From the NCBI GenBank assembly GCA_963764725.1, contig CAVXTM010000012.1, positions 32,001-96,000 of the forward strand: a DNA stretch of 64,000 nucleotides, written 5' to 3'. Shown piece after piece: positions 51,308 to 62,040 of the stretch. A program made the translations under genes and the position numbers. The notes under the pieces were generated by a model. The model ran no database searches and had not been told where the DNA came from. It worked only from the letters and a program-made list of their open reading frames with translations. Within the stretch, counting starts at the first letter, position 1. Each line of letters begins with the position of its first letter. This DNA is from an uncultured Gammaproteobacteria bacterium. GTDB taxonomy: Bacteria > Pseudomonadota > Gammaproteobacteria > JACCXJ01.

Positions 51308-52686
51308 GAGCTTCCGTCAAGAGGTGTGTAAATAAGTTCAGGCGGCCTTTCTGATGGTGTCATTATTTGTTCGTATTCCATCGGCGAATGCGACGCCGTT
51401 ATAGATGTCTTTCAGTAGCTCGGTGGCGTTGAGCCGGCGGAAAGTCGTTTCAGCGACCATCATGATTTTCCAGATCAGGGCGGTGGCGTTATCGACTTTC
51501 TTGAACCGCTTGGCCGCATTGGTACGTAGCCGCACAGCGGCGAAGGGCGATTCGATCGGATTGGTGGTTCGCAAGTGGATCCAGTGTTCTTTGGGATAGC
51601 GGTAGAACGCCACCATGCGCTCCCAGTCGTGATCGAGAAGCTCAGCGGCGGCTTGGAAGCCTTGTTGACGGCACCAGCGTTGGAAGGTCGCTTTGGCCTT
51701 CTCCGCTTCTTGGCGGGTAGGGGCATAGGGGATCGGACAGAGCAGCGCTTTCGCTTCGGCCTGGCGTTTCTTCGGAAGCTTATCCAAGAGGTTTAAAATG
51801 CGATGATTCCAACAGCGCTGTTCCTCGGCCTCGGGATACACCTCGGCCAGTCCACCCCAAATCCCCAGATGTCCATCACCGACCACCAGGCGCGGTGCAC
51901 GTAGGCCACGTTTCTTCAAATCCCGTAACACCGCCGACCAACTCTCGGTGGATTCCCGAAACCCGGGGGTGATGGCTAAAAAGGCCTTGCGCCCATCGCT
52001 CAGGCCCGCCACGACCACTAAGAGCGCGGCCTTCTCCTTCTCCAATCCCGCCTTGACATACACCCCGTCTACCCACAAATAAACGACCCCCAACTCCGCG
52101 AGAGGCCGTTGATTCCAAAGCGCATATTCCCCCGCCCACTTCGCTTTCAGCCGCGCCACCGAACCCCCCGAAAGCGGCGCCCCATCCCCGAGCAGCCCCC
52201 GCAGCGCAAGCTCAAAGTCGCCCAGGGATAACCCATGGAGATACAACGTGGGAAGTAACTCCGCCACCGTCTCCGTGCGGCGGACAAATAAAGGCAACAA
52301 CCTGCTCTCAAAGCGCTCCTCCACCCCTCGCACCCGCGGCCTCGCAAGCTCCACCGTCCCACAGCTGAGGCCCAACTTCCGTACCTTCCCATACCCATTG
52401 CGGTACCCGCCCGGGCCGTCTATCTCCGCCCGACGCTCCGATTTCTCTCGCCCTAAGAACACGGTGACTTCCTCTTCGAGCAGATCTTGCAAATACCCTT
52501 GAATCCGCCCACGGACCCATTCCTCGAGATTCTCCCATACCACACTTGACCTACCCACTCCTTCGGTGCTTTGCTTCTTCATGGCGGTGTGCTCCTTTCT
52601 CTCGGGCCTGCCAGCCCGTTCTTTGTTAATTACTACAGAAAGGGTACATCGCCTTCACCTTTTTACACACCCTTTGATGGTACCTC
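51308..52686 (-). mobile_element. IS256-family element, copy 1
   Basis: Imperfect TIRs GAGCTTCCGTCAAGAGGTGTGTAAA / GAGGTACCATCAAAGGGTGTGTAAA; 8-bp TSD TCGAGATC. Confidence 0.95.
51338..52582 (-). CDS. IS256 transposase
   Basis: YRNGY, WVDG, VGDG, QRCWNH, RTTNPIES. Confidence 0.96.
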   Translation of the reverse strand: MKKQSTEGVGRSSVVWENLEEWVRGRIQGYLQDLLEEEVTVFLGREKSERRAEIDGPGGYRNGYGKVRKLGLSCGTVELARPRVRGVEERFESRLLPLFVRRTETVAELLPTLYLHGLSLGDFELALRGLLGDGAPLSGGSVARLKAKWAGEYALWNQRPLAELGVVYLWVDGVYVKAGLEKEKAALLVVVAGLSDGRKAFLAITPGFRESTESWSAVLRDLKKRGLRAPRLVVGDGHLGIWGGLAEVYPEAEEQRCWNHRILNLLDKLPKKRQAEAKALLCPIPYAPTRQEAEKAKATFQRWCRQQGFQAAAELLDHDWERMVAFYRYPKEHWIHLRTTNPIESPFAAVRLRTNAAKRFKKVDNATALIWKIMMVAETTFRRLNATELLKDIYNGVAFADGIRTNNDTIRKAA

Positions 52687-53181
52687 TCGAGATCTTGTTT
52701 CTCGCCAACGGCGTTTGCCAATGGGGCACCTTTGATACAGAGAAGCGTTTGATCGATCTGCATGACGCCGCGCATCTCGATCGCTCGCGCAAACCCCCCA
52801 TCTGGTCGGAATCATAGCACGTTGAGATCGCTCAATAGGAAAACGCCGCAACCGCACAGTTACTCACAAAGATTTCGTGTCATTGACTACCCGTCAAGCT
52901 AAGCCATATAGTCCCACCACAACAAAAAGGCCATTTCAATTTCCTAGTCGCCCTTCAGCGACGATCCGAAAAAAGACCATACGGGCTACATCCTTTTCCT
53001 TCCCGCGAAGGAGTACGCCCTGGTGCGCGACTGTCTCGGAGTCAAAAAACCCGACCCAACAAAGAAACCTCCGAAGACAACCTCCGTCTAGTGTTGCTCC
53101 CCGGCTCTGTGCCGGGAATGTTTCTTGACAGAGAGAATATTCCGTTGTAGTTCCAAGAGAGTTGTCGACGAGGAGGTCAAG

Positions 53182-53751
53182 ATGAAGCGATTACTTGCCG
53201 TACTTCTATTGTGTCTCGCGTTTCCCCCGATGGCCGCACTGAGTGTCGAAGAACATCGTGAACTTTGCGACTCGGCAGTCGGAACGGAGAAACGGATGGT
53301 GCCGTTCGAGGACGCGCGGCTCAAAGGGTACGTTGCGGAGTTCCTGCGTCGGACGCACCTCAGCGGAGCGCCGGTACTCCTCTGTGTGACCGACCATCCT
53401 GGCGCAGGGGCATGGAACGATGTCGTCGAGACGCCGAGAGGGCCGGTCTTCGTCGTCGGCGTCGGACGGCGTTTTGCAGAAGCGATGGGAACGCACATGC
53501 GCGCTGTCATGGCGCATGAGGTGGGACACGTGGTCCAGGGGGACCACTGCATCCGCCGGCGCGGTTCCCTCGAATTGTGCGAGCTTGACGTCGACCGGAT
53601 CGCGATCGGATGGGTGGGAAAACCCGCCGCGCTCGCCGCTATGAGAGCGATCATCCGCTGGGGCGACGAAGAAAGCGCGCGTCATCCGATCTCCTACGCC
53701 GGTTCCGGCGAGTTGCGGGAGAGGCTCCGCGTGCTCGAAGCGACACCATAA
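53182..53751 (+). CDS. Secreted HExxH metallopeptidase (M48-like)
   Basis: AGGAGG RBS, signal peptide, AHEVGH, ELDVDR. Confidence 0.75.
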   Translation: MKRLLAVLLLCLAFPPMAALSVEEHRELCDSAVGTEKRMVPFEDARLKGYVAEFLRRTHLSGAPVLLCVTDHPGAGAWNDVVETPRGPVFVVGVGRRFAEAMGTHMRAVMAHEVGHVVQGDHCIRRRGSLELCELDVDRIAIGWVGKPAALAAMRAIIRWGDEESARHPISYAGSGELRERLRVLEATP

Positions 53752-53764
53752 GACAACACGTACA

Positions 53765-53792
53765 GAGCCCCGGCATCCGGGGCTTTTTCTTT
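53765..53792 (+). terminator. Rho-independent terminator
   Basis: AGCCCCGG-cat-CCGGGGCT TTTTCTTT. Confidence 0.85.
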
Positions 53793-54189
53793 GGGCGTTG
53801 ATATTGACGCGGGGAGGTTGCCGCCCTAGTCTCTGGAGAGATGTTGCGGAGATCTCGTTGTTTTACTTTTCGCCCTTATTACGTTTTCTGCCCACGCGCA
53901 ATCGGTCACACCCCCACCTCGAGACGAAGAACTCTGCGCCGCCGGAGGGCGTTCCCACGGATGGGCGCCTTCGGACGACGCCGCTGACCCACGTGCTACA
54001 TTCACGCCGAAACCGTCACGACCCGAGCAAGTTCTTCTCTATTGAAATCGTCTGCTTCTACCAACCCTCAGCAAACGTGAAAAATCACGCGAGAGCCGGG
54101 ATACTACGTACGCCAGAACCAGGTCTGGTATCCACCAAATGACCGCTTCTGGCCGCTCAGCGATTTCCATCCGAAGGAACAATACCAAC

Positions 54190-54964
54190 CTACAGGCTGG
54201 CGGCCAAATCTCGCGTACGTTGTGCGGCCGGCACCTCCCTGCATCCACTGGCATTCTGGCCCGACCAAAGCGGAGAAAAGTCACCGCTGCCGTAACCTTC
54301 AGCTTTTGCACGCAAGGGAGCAATTGCGGAGGTGGCCAAAGGAAAGGCAGGCAGAGCGGCGCTCATCGGCCCGAGTTCCTTTATCACACGGTTCATGATT
54401 GAACGCGCGGGTCGGCCGGTGAACACGTTTGTCAGCGCGGTGTGGTGGGCCGTCTCGCTTTTCAGCGCAGCACGATGCACCACGCTCGTGGTTGCTTCGG
54501 GGCAGAGCAAATAGGCCGTTCCGATCTGTACGCCGGCCGCTCCCAGCGTCAGTGCGGCGGCAACGCCTTTCGCGTCAGCGATGCCCCCGGCCGCAATGAC
54601 CGGTGTCTTCACGGCCCTCACGATCTGCGGTACCAGCGCGAACGTGCTCACTTGGCGGGTCAGATCTTCCGACAGAAATGTGCTGCGATGTCCCCCCGCC
54701 TCTAGACCCTGCGCGATGATGGCATCGACACCGTGCGATTCCAGCCCACGTGCCTCTTCAACGGTGGTTGCCGAGGACAAGATCTTCGCTCCCCACGTTC
54801 GCACGCGTGCAAGCAGCTCGGGCGATGGCAAACCGAAATGAAAGCTGACGACTGCGGGTCTGATCTCGCTCAGCATATCGGCGGCTTCGTGACTGAAGGG
54901 GCCCCGCCCAGGGCCCACTGGCACCGTGCTCACGTCCAGACCATACTCTTGGTAGTACGGCGAC
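54190..54964 (-). pseudogene. Nitronate monooxygenase, 5'-truncated by IS256
   Basis: VSFHFGLP, AQGLEAGGH, AAGGIAD, FTGRPAR, LWSGQ. Confidence 0.9.
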
Positions 54965-56343
54965 GAGCTTCCGTCAAGAGGTGTGTAAATAAGTTCAGGC
55001 GGCCTTTCTGATGGTGTCATTATTTGTTCGTATTCCATCGGCGAATGCGACGCCGTTATAGATGTCTTTCAGTAGCTCGGTGGCGTTGAGCCGGCGGAAA
55101 GTCGTTTCAGCGACCATCATGATTTTCCAGATCAGGGCGGTGGCGTTATCGACTTTCTTGAACCGCTTGGCCGCATTGGTACGTAGCCGCACAGCGGCGA
55201 AGGGCGATTCGATCGGATTGGTGGTTCGCAAGTGGATCCAGTGTTCTTTGGGATAGCGGTAGAACGCCACCATGCGCTCCCAGTCGTGATCGAGAAGCTC
55301 AGCGGCGGCTTGGAAGCCTTGTTGACGGCACCAGCGTTGGAAGGTCGCTTTGGCCTTCTCCGCTTCTTGGCGGGTAGGGGCATAGGGGATCGGACAGAGC
55401 AGCGCTTTCGCTTCGGCCTGGCGTTTCTTCGGAAGCTTATCCAAGAGGTTTAAAATGCGATGATTCCAACAGCGCTGTTCCTCGGCCTCGGGATACACCT
55501 CGGCCAGTCCACCCCAAATCCCCAGATGTCCATCACCGACCACCAGGCGCGGTGCACGTAGGCCACGTTTCTTCAAATCCCGTAACACCGCCGACCAACT
55601 CTCGGTGGATTCCCGAAACCCGGGGGTGATGGCTAAAAAGGCCTTGCGCCCATCGCTCAGGCCCGCCACGACCACTAAGAGCGCGGCCTTCTCCTTCTCC
55701 AATCCCGCCTTGACATACACCCCGTCTACCCACAAATAAACGACCCCCAACTCCGCGAGAGGCCGTTGATTCCAAAGCGCATATTCCCCCGCCCACTTCG
55801 CTTTCAGCCGCGCCACCGAACCCCCCGAAAGCGGCGCCCCATCCCCGAGCAGCCCCCGCAGCGCAAGCTCAAAGTCGCCCAGGGATAACCCATGGAGATA
55901 CAACGTGGGAAGTAACTCCGCCACCGTCTCCGTGCGGCGGACAAATAAAGGCAACAACCTGCTCTCAAAGCGCTCCTCCACCCCTCGCACCCGCGGCCTC
56001 GCAAGCTCCACCGTCCCACAGCTGAGGCCCAACTTCCGTACCTTCCCATACCCATTGCGGTACCCGCCCGGGCCGTCTATCTCCGCCCGACGCTCCGATT
56101 TCTCTCGCCCTAAGAACACGGTGACTTCCTCTTCGAGCAGATCTTGCAAATACCCTTGAATCCGCCCACGGACCCATTCCTCGAGATTCTCCCATACCAC
56201 ACTTGACCTACCCACTCCTTCGGTGCTTTGCTTCTTCATGGCGGTGTGCTCCTTTCTCTCGGGCCTGCCAGCCCGTTCTTTGTTAATTACTACAGAAAGG
56301 GTACATCGCCTTCACCTTTTTACACACCCTTTGATGGTACCTC
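54965..56343 (-). mobile_element. IS256-family element, copy 2 (no TSD)
   Basis: Same sequence as copy 1; flanks ACGGCGAC and TTGGCAGA differ. Confidence 0.95.
54995..56239 (-). CDS. IS256 transposase
   Basis: Translation identical to copy 1. Confidence 0.96.
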   Translation of the reverse strand: MKKQSTEGVGRSSVVWENLEEWVRGRIQGYLQDLLEEEVTVFLGREKSERRAEIDGPGGYRNGYGKVRKLGLSCGTVELARPRVRGVEERFESRLLPLFVRRTETVAELLPTLYLHGLSLGDFELALRGLLGDGAPLSGGSVARLKAKWAGEYALWNQRPLAELGVVYLWVDGVYVKAGLEKEKAALLVVVAGLSDGRKAFLAITPGFRESTESWSAVLRDLKKRGLRAPRLVVGDGHLGIWGGLAEVYPEAEEQRCWNHRILNLLDKLPKKRQAEAKALLCPIPYAPTRQEAEKAKATFQRWCRQQGFQAAAELLDHDWERMVAFYRYPKEHWIHLRTTNPIESPFAAVRLRTNAAKRFKKVDNATALIWKIMMVAETTFRRLNATELLKDIYNGVAFADGIRTNNDTIRKAA

Positions 56344-56640
56344 TTGGCAGAGAAGGAAGGACTCAAAGGCAAGGTGCAGACCATCTACCTCGACCCGCGT
56401 TAAGGCATCAAGTTCGGCTCCAACTGGCAGGTGAGCACCCGCAAGCGTGAGGTGAAGGATGGCAAAGGCCGAGGACACCACGCGCCAGCGCGAACAGGTG
56501 CGCACCTTCCGGGATAGGTGGAAGCTGGAGTGCATTCTTACCTGGCCTACCTGCGCGACCGCCTCGTGACCGGTAGTGTGTTTGTGGCAGATCAACTCTG
56601 AAAACTCGCACTTGATGCGGAATGCTTGGAGGGGGGTTTG
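56344..56640 (+). pseudogene. Type III Mod-like DNA methyltransferase fragment
   Basis: EGLKGKVQTIYLDP, GIKFGSNWQVSTRKR, YLRDRL across frames. Confidence 0.75.
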
Positions 56641-56798
56641 GGGGCCGCCGCTAATCCCACCGCGCCGCCGACGGCCATGGATTTCTCCAGCAGTAACGAG
56701 CCCTGACGACGGCTCGGCGGCCTCTCTTAGGCCGCGGTCGCCTGGGCCGATACTGTGGTGATGCGATCACACGAGAGGGTGCAGCAGCGCTCCGCCTG

Positions 56799-58838
56799 AT
56801 GCCCAACAAGAAGACGTATCCGCATGCGCTGCAGCCCGGCCATGAGCTGCTATGGTACCGGATCAGGGAAGTGCTGGGACAGGGTTCTTTCGGTATCACC
56901 TACCTATGCCAGGATCTGAACCATCATCGTCTCGTGGTGATAAAGGAATACGCACCCGAGTATTTCGCGCGACGGGAGGATGGTCATAGGATGGTGCCCG
57001 GGTCCGACACGGATGCCGATTTCGTCCGAGGACTGGAACGATTCGTCCATCAGGCGGAAACCCTCGATCGATTCCAGCACCCGAACATCGTCCGGGTCAT
57101 GGACGTGTTCGAGACCAATAACACGGCCTACATGATCATGGATTACGAGCGGGGCGAGAGTCTGGGTTCGGTGCTCACGCGTCAGAAGACCTTGAGTGAT
57201 CTGGAGCTGTGCGGTCTCCTTCTTCCCGTACTCGACGGGCTGGAAGCGATCCATCGGGCGGGGATGCTCCATGGCAATCTTAAGCCCAGCAACATTTATA
57301 TCCGGACGGACGGAAGCCCGGTTTTGCTCGACTTCGGCTGTACGCGGCAGGCACCCGGTACCCAAAGCAACGTCACCCCCCTAGCATCGCCCGGCTATGC
57401 CCCGATTGAGCAGTACACTCAGGGAAAACCAGGCCCTTGGACGGATCTCTACGGGCTTGGGGCGACCGGCTATCGGGCGGTCGTGGGCTCCGCTCCGATC
57501 GACGCACTGGCCAGGGCCGAGGCCATGCAAGCGGAGGCACCTGATCCATACGAGCCGCTGGGCGGACGAACAAAGGCACCCTATTCCCAAGCCCTGCTCA
57601 AGGGCATTGACCACGCGCTCGCGTTCGAATCGACGCACCGTCCACAAACCGTGAGCGAATGGCGCGAAGATCTCAAACTACATGCCACGCATACCTGGGC
57701 TATCAAGGTGAAGGACAGCTTCCGGACTTCGGTGGACCTGGAGGATATGCCCACCCTGCCCTCGACCCGCCGGCGCGGATCGGTAGTCAATCTGGGTCAG
57801 GACCGCGGCGGTGACGCGGTTTCGAGTCCACACTCCTCTCGCGCCACGGAGGAGATCGCCCCCGCGACGGCAGGGCACGTCAGCCGGTGGTTCGACCGCG
57901 GCAGAAACGTCGCGCTCGGCATAGTGACCGCCTTCGCTGGCGTTGGGTTGATGTTCGTGCTAGTGACAGACAATTCCGACCCCGCAACGCGAACTGATCG
58001 TGACATTGCCTACACGCCGCCGACACAGCAACCCGCGGTGGCTTCAAGTAACAAGCTGCGGCACACCCGACCCGGTCAGCCATCATCGGCCATCCAAGTA
58101 CCCAAGCCTCAGCTCCTCGCCGGAGGTCAACCCGTGGCCAATGCGATCCCGATCCCGGTATCGACGGACACCCCGTCGTCGGCGGTCGACGCCAAGGAAT
58201 CGGTGGCGGACATCCGAGATCGAAGCGAGGGGGGGCCGCCGCGAGTGCGCGAGTTGCCGAACGCTCTATCATCGGCAGTCCAGGGACAGGCCGATCCACC
58301 GGCGGTCGTGGATCCGCCCGGTGCTGGACAGCCGCGAAGCCAGGTGTCGCAGGATGGTCGATTGCCGCGGGTGTCAGATCTCCAGGCAACGGACGGCGCG
58401 TCGGCGTCATCCGAAACAAACGTCAGGACGTTCAACACCTCGACAACGACCAAACCACCCGTCGTAGCAACGGACGAAACCAAGCCATTGGGCCAGCGTG
58501 CGGCCCAAATCGCACAACTCCTCGCACAAGCCGGGCGAGATGTCGCGGCCCTGCGGCTCACGGTCCCTGCAAGCCGAAATGCATTTGCCAAGTACCAGGA
58601 AGTACTGGTGTTGGATCCCAAGAGCTCCCAAGCGCTAGACGGGATTGCATCCATTGTCGATAAGTATGTTCAACTTATCGACCGCGCCATTGAGACGCAC
58701 AGATTCGGGCTCGCGGATCTCTATCTGCGTCGAGCAGTCACGGTTTCGCCGGAGGATCGGAACCTCCGCCGGGCCCGGGAAACCATGGTGGCTAAACGCT
58801 ATCCACGAGGGGCAAAGGCAGCTTCACGTAGGCACTGA
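56799..58838 (+). CDS. Hanks-type Ser/Thr kinase-fold membrane protein with HGN in place of HRD
   Basis: GQGSFG, VIKEY, HGNLKPSN, DFG, GYAPIEQ; TM; Pro-rich linker; LTVP..NA..YQEVL.LDP. Confidence 0.9.
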   Translation: MPNKKTYPHALQPGHELLWYRIREVLGQGSFGITYLCQDLNHHRLVVIKEYAPEYFARREDGHRMVPGSDTDADFVRGLERFVHQAETLDRFQHPNIVRVMDVFETNNTAYMIMDYERGESLGSVLTRQKTLSDLELCGLLLPVLDGLEAIHRAGMLHGNLKPSNIYIRTDGSPVLLDFGCTRQAPGTQSNVTPLASPGYAPIEQYTQGKPGPWTDLYGLGATGYRAVVGSAPIDALARAEAMQAEAPDPYEPLGGRTKAPYSQALLKGIDHALAFESTHRPQTVSEWREDLKLHATHTWAIKVKDSFRTSVDLEDMPTLPSTRRRGSVVNLGQDRGGDAVSSPHSSRATEEIAPATAGHVSRWFDRGRNVALGIVTAFAGVGLMFVLVTDNSDPATRTDRDIAYTPPTQQPAVASSNKLRHTRPGQPSSAIQVPKPQLLAGGQPVANAIPIPVSTDTPSSAVDAKESVADIRDRSEGGPPRVRELPNALSSAVQGQADPPAVVDPPGAGQPRSQVSQDGRLPRVSDLQATDGASASSETNVRTFNTSTTTKPPVVATDETKPLGQRAAQIAQLLAQAGRDVAALRLTVPASRNAFAKYQEVLVLDPKSSQALDGIASIVDKYVQLIDRAIETHRFGLADLYLRRAVTVSPEDRNLRRARETMVAKRYPRGAKAASRRH

Positions 58839-58859
58839 CGCGGGGGAAGTGCGCCGATG

Positions 58860-59096
58860 AGCACGGTTTTCTCCTCACTTCCGCTGGTGAAAACAAACTT
58901 CTTGTAAGAATTCATCATGCGCGCCATGCCTTAACATTTCCTTCTACGTGACCCAGCCGACCAACACCGTGTCAAAAGTCCGGTACGCACGGTTGAGTTC
59001 TGCGTATATGTCGTCACCGACGCTAGTCACCCAGGCGCCGGGATCGTCCACTCGTCCGTTCAGGGTGGTCATCATTGCTAGTACTATTTTTCGCAT
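58860..59096 (-). pseudogene. Dihydrofolate reductase/RibD-C family remnant
   Basis: MRKIVLAMMTTLNG..DTVLVGWVT*; later K.VF motif. Confidence 0.7.
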
Positions 59097-59512
59097 GTGT
59101 TACTCTTTCCAGTTGAGTAAGAACCCATGCGTGAAGTGCGCTGCTTTCCCACACTGTGCGGGTTCCTGGTTAGGGCCGGCTCCGTATACATACACGTCGA
59201 GGTAAATTGAAAAGCTCTGGAGGCGGAGCTTGGTCATATCCTAAACGCCGTTACCATCTTCTCTGAAAGACAATCCTTCGGACTGCAAAACTCTCTTCAC
59301 CTTTGGAATAGACGCCAATGTCGTCGAAGCGCCATTCGCCGTCGCAGGTGTATGCTTGCTTGGGGGATGGTGGCGTAGCTAAACCTAAACCGCAGTGACC
59401 GATCCGGACAACGGCCGAGCGACCAACGGCAGGAGGCGTTGCGATGCAGAATTCAACTTTGAACCTGCGATGGAAGCGACCCGCGGGAAGGTAGGGGCGC
59501 GTTAGCGCCCGA

Positions 59513-60313
59513 GTGACGAACCTCATGGTCCCGATGCTGCGCAACGCCGTCGCCGTCTCTATTTTGGTTGCTGGGATCACCGTGTTTCAAGATCGTCTGC
59601 TGTACTTCCCTGCGCGGTCCGCGCTCGGCGATATGGTTTCCGCCGGCCTGCGCGGGTGGCCCTCGCCGCGAAGTTTTCGTGGCCTGGTGGCGGAACCAAG
59701 AACTCAGGCCCGGGCCACGACCATCGTCTTTCACGGCAATGCCGGCCACGCCGGCCATCGGGCGTTTTACGCAGGAGTGCTCGTTCCGCTCGGCCTGCGT
59801 GTGCTCCTGGCGGAATATCCCGGCTACGGCCCCCGCGACGGCGACCTGGGCGAAAGCAGCCTGGTCGCCGATGCCGCGCGGACGATCGCGCTGGCCCACC
59901 GTGAATTCGGTGCACCGTTGCTCCTGATCGGCGAATCGCTTGGAGCCGGAGTAGCGGCCGCGGCCACTGCGCAGGAGCCACACAAGGCGGCGGGCCTGCT
60001 GCTCATCACGCCTTGGGATAGGCTTGAGCAGATCGCCGCTCATCACTATCCGTGGCTGCCCATGCAGTGGCTGCTGCGCGACCGCTACGACAGCGTCACG
60101 CACCTGGCGTCCTTTCGCGGGCCCGTGTTGGTGGCCTTGGCCGAACGGGACAGGATCGTGCCAGCGCGCTTCGGCAAGGCCCTCTTCGACACGCTGGCGG
60201 AGCCCAAACGGCTGATAGTGATTAAGGCGGCCGGTCATAATGATTGGCCCGGCCGTGTTGATGAACGCTGGTGGCGCGAGGCGCTTTCTTTCCTGCTCGG
60301 CGAGGCGTTTTGA
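59513..60313 (+). CDS. Alpha/beta hydrolase
   Basis: LLYFP, FHGNAG, EYPGYG, GESLG, AGHND. Confidence 0.92.
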   Translation: MTNLMVPMLRNAVAVSILVAGITVFQDRLLYFPARSALGDMVSAGLRGWPSPRSFRGLVAEPRTQARATTIVFHGNAGHAGHRAFYAGVLVPLGLRVLLAEYPGYGPRDGDLGESSLVADAARTIALAHREFGAPLLLIGESLGAGVAAAATAQEPHKAAGLLLITPWDRLEQIAAHHYPWLPMQWLLRDRYDSVTHLASFRGPVLVALAERDRIVPARFGKALFDTLAEPKRLIVIKAAGHNDWPGRVDERWWREALSFLLGEAF

Positions 60314-60882
60314 AAAAGGCGCAGAGCGGCTAGACTGCGGAGCGTCGCCCGGCCGCCAAAAGCTGTAGCTCTGACACTGACACATCAATGTACCGTTCGC
60401 TTTGGAAGAGCACGACGTTTTCGGGGATCTCGACGGTGCGTTGTAGGTACCGGATAATAGTTTCCAGGCATGTTCGAAGCGCTCGCTTTGATGCAGGGCC
60501 CGTAGTGTCAAGATAGCGTCTTACAGGCTATCGTTCCCGAAATTCCATACGTGCGAGTTTCGAACCTGATCCGCATGTTCTGACATCAAGCAGCTTGCCA
60601 GAGTAGTGATGATTTAGCCTCCGAGAGTGGCAATCTCGATGACCTCACTTTTACTTACGTCGGGAACTCCTGGTCTGTAGTAGGACTCCGCAAGAGCCAG
60701 TGCTCGCGCTTCCAAACCGATGCATAAGTTGCGGACTGCTCAGCCATATATCCAGCCTATCAATGCGGTCGCTCCACTATTCCGACCCTAACGACCTGCG
60801 GCTAGCGAGGGTCGTAGAGCACCACCCCCGCGCCGCCTGACAGCAACAGCGTTACCCACAAGAAGAGCTTACGGATCATCTT

Positions 60883-61356
60883 CTATCGGGCGACCAGCGC
60901 GGCGATATCGGCGCCGACCCGCATGTCATCGTCACGACCAAAGCTGTGCTGGTGCACCCGTCCCTCGCGGTCGATGAGAATCAAACTAGGTGTGCCGCGC
61001 ATGCCGTAGGCGCGCATGGTCACAGGCGTCTGCCCGGCCTCGTCCGGTTGGTCGACTGCGATGGGAAAGGTATATCGAAACTCGTGGATGAACGCATCCA
61101 GCGCCGTGGGTGTCATGGCCGCATGGTGTTCGAACACCGTATGCAGTCCTACCACCGCCACGTCCTCGGCCGGGAACATAGAGTGGATCTTCTGCGCCTG
61201 CGGCAGACCGTGCAGGACACAGCCCGGACAGAGCATCTGGAAGGCATGGAGCACAACGACTCTCCCGCGCAGATCCGCAAGACACAGTGGCTTGTCCGTG
61301 TTGAACCACGCCTGCACCGTCCATTCCGGTGCCGGCAACCGATCATCCTGTGCCAT
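60883..61356 (-). CDS. Redoxin/TlpA-like thioredoxin-fold protein
   Basis: AFQMLCPGC, HTVFEHH, GTPSLILIDREG. Confidence 0.9.
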   Translation of the reverse strand: MAQDDRLPAPEWTVQAWFNTDKPLCLADLRGRVVVLHAFQMLCPGCVLHGLPQAQKIHSMFPAEDVAVVGLHTVFEHHAAMTPTALDAFIHEFRYTFPIAVDQPDEAGQTPVTMRAYGMRGTPSLILIDREGRVHQHSFGRDDDMRVGADIAALVAR

Positions 61357-61524
61357 ACCTACCTTCGTTCCGACGCGCTTCTGCGACTCGCCCTGGCGGC
61401 GTGCCTTAATCGGCAGCCGCTCGCCCCAAGAGTATAATAAGAAATGTTACCGGATTCTGCGACACCATCGAACTAGCTGTCCACCCGTTCCTTCCACCGA
61501 GTCGATGGGCTGCATCGGTCGAAA

Positions 61525-61599
61525 ACCCTGGTAGCTCAGGGGATAGAGCATCCGCCTCCTAAGCGGGAGGTCGCCGGTCGAGTCCGGCCCAGGGCACTA
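61525..61599 (+). tRNA. tRNA-Arg(CCT), degenerate
   Basis: TAGCTCAGGGGATAGAGCA D-arm, CCGC-CTCCTAA-GCGG anticodon arm; T-loop lacks one T, 1:72 A-C mismatch, CTA instead of CCA. Confidence 0.8.
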
Positions 61600-61789
61600 A
61601 TATAATCAGATAGTTAAATGATTTTATATAAATGCTTACGATCGCAACGATCGCAAAATTATCCTAGCTACGCGCCATGACATTCGGCACTTTTCCGTCC
61701 GAGCGCTCGACACCCCAGGCGAAATCGCAGGAGCCGCGACGGCGATTGCGCAACTGCGCCAGTCGATCACATGATGCGGCAGTGGTACG

Positions 61790-61900
61790 CGGGCACTGGC
61801 GATCCTTCGATTGGCCCATGATGGTTCGATTGCATCTGTTGCCGAGCAAATATCGGCGGCCCGTTCCTCGGTGTATCGATGGCAAGCCACCTATCGAGTG
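61790..61900 (+). pseudogene. IS630-like transposase HTH remnant
   Basis: SIASVAEQISAARSSVYRWQ. Confidence 0.5.
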
Positions 61901-62040
61901 ACCACGCTCGCGGTCAACGAAGGATATCGAGAAGTGTTGAAAGAGAAGGCCGAGCTTACGGACCGTGTCAAGGCGTCATGGCCATTTTCTCGCTCGCATA
62001 CAGCGCACTGTTTGCACGAACGGTCAGTCCAGCAAAGAAG

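Larger units (their letters stand above)
50740..52790 (+). pseudogene. baeRF-type release-factor-like gene, decayed and split by IS256
   Basis: VSLFLP, PIRFKNL, DDFWQHQYDGLAFF, RFHLKPL..FYLLALSQ; AAVDGRIEI|LFLANGVCQWG reads across the IS. Confidence 0.7.

Noticed and set aside
54190-55038. 282-aa ORF as a complete gene
   Set aside because: Its N-terminus is read from the IS end; it is a truncated nitronate monooxygenase
51308-56343. Composite transposon bounded by the two IS256 copies
   Set aside because: Copy 1 has its own TSD and the outer flanks do not match
60786-60857. attC-like sites (here and GTTGGGC at ~12680 before the TIR gene)
   Set aside because: Only core-like heptamers, with poor dyad pairing and no integron integrase
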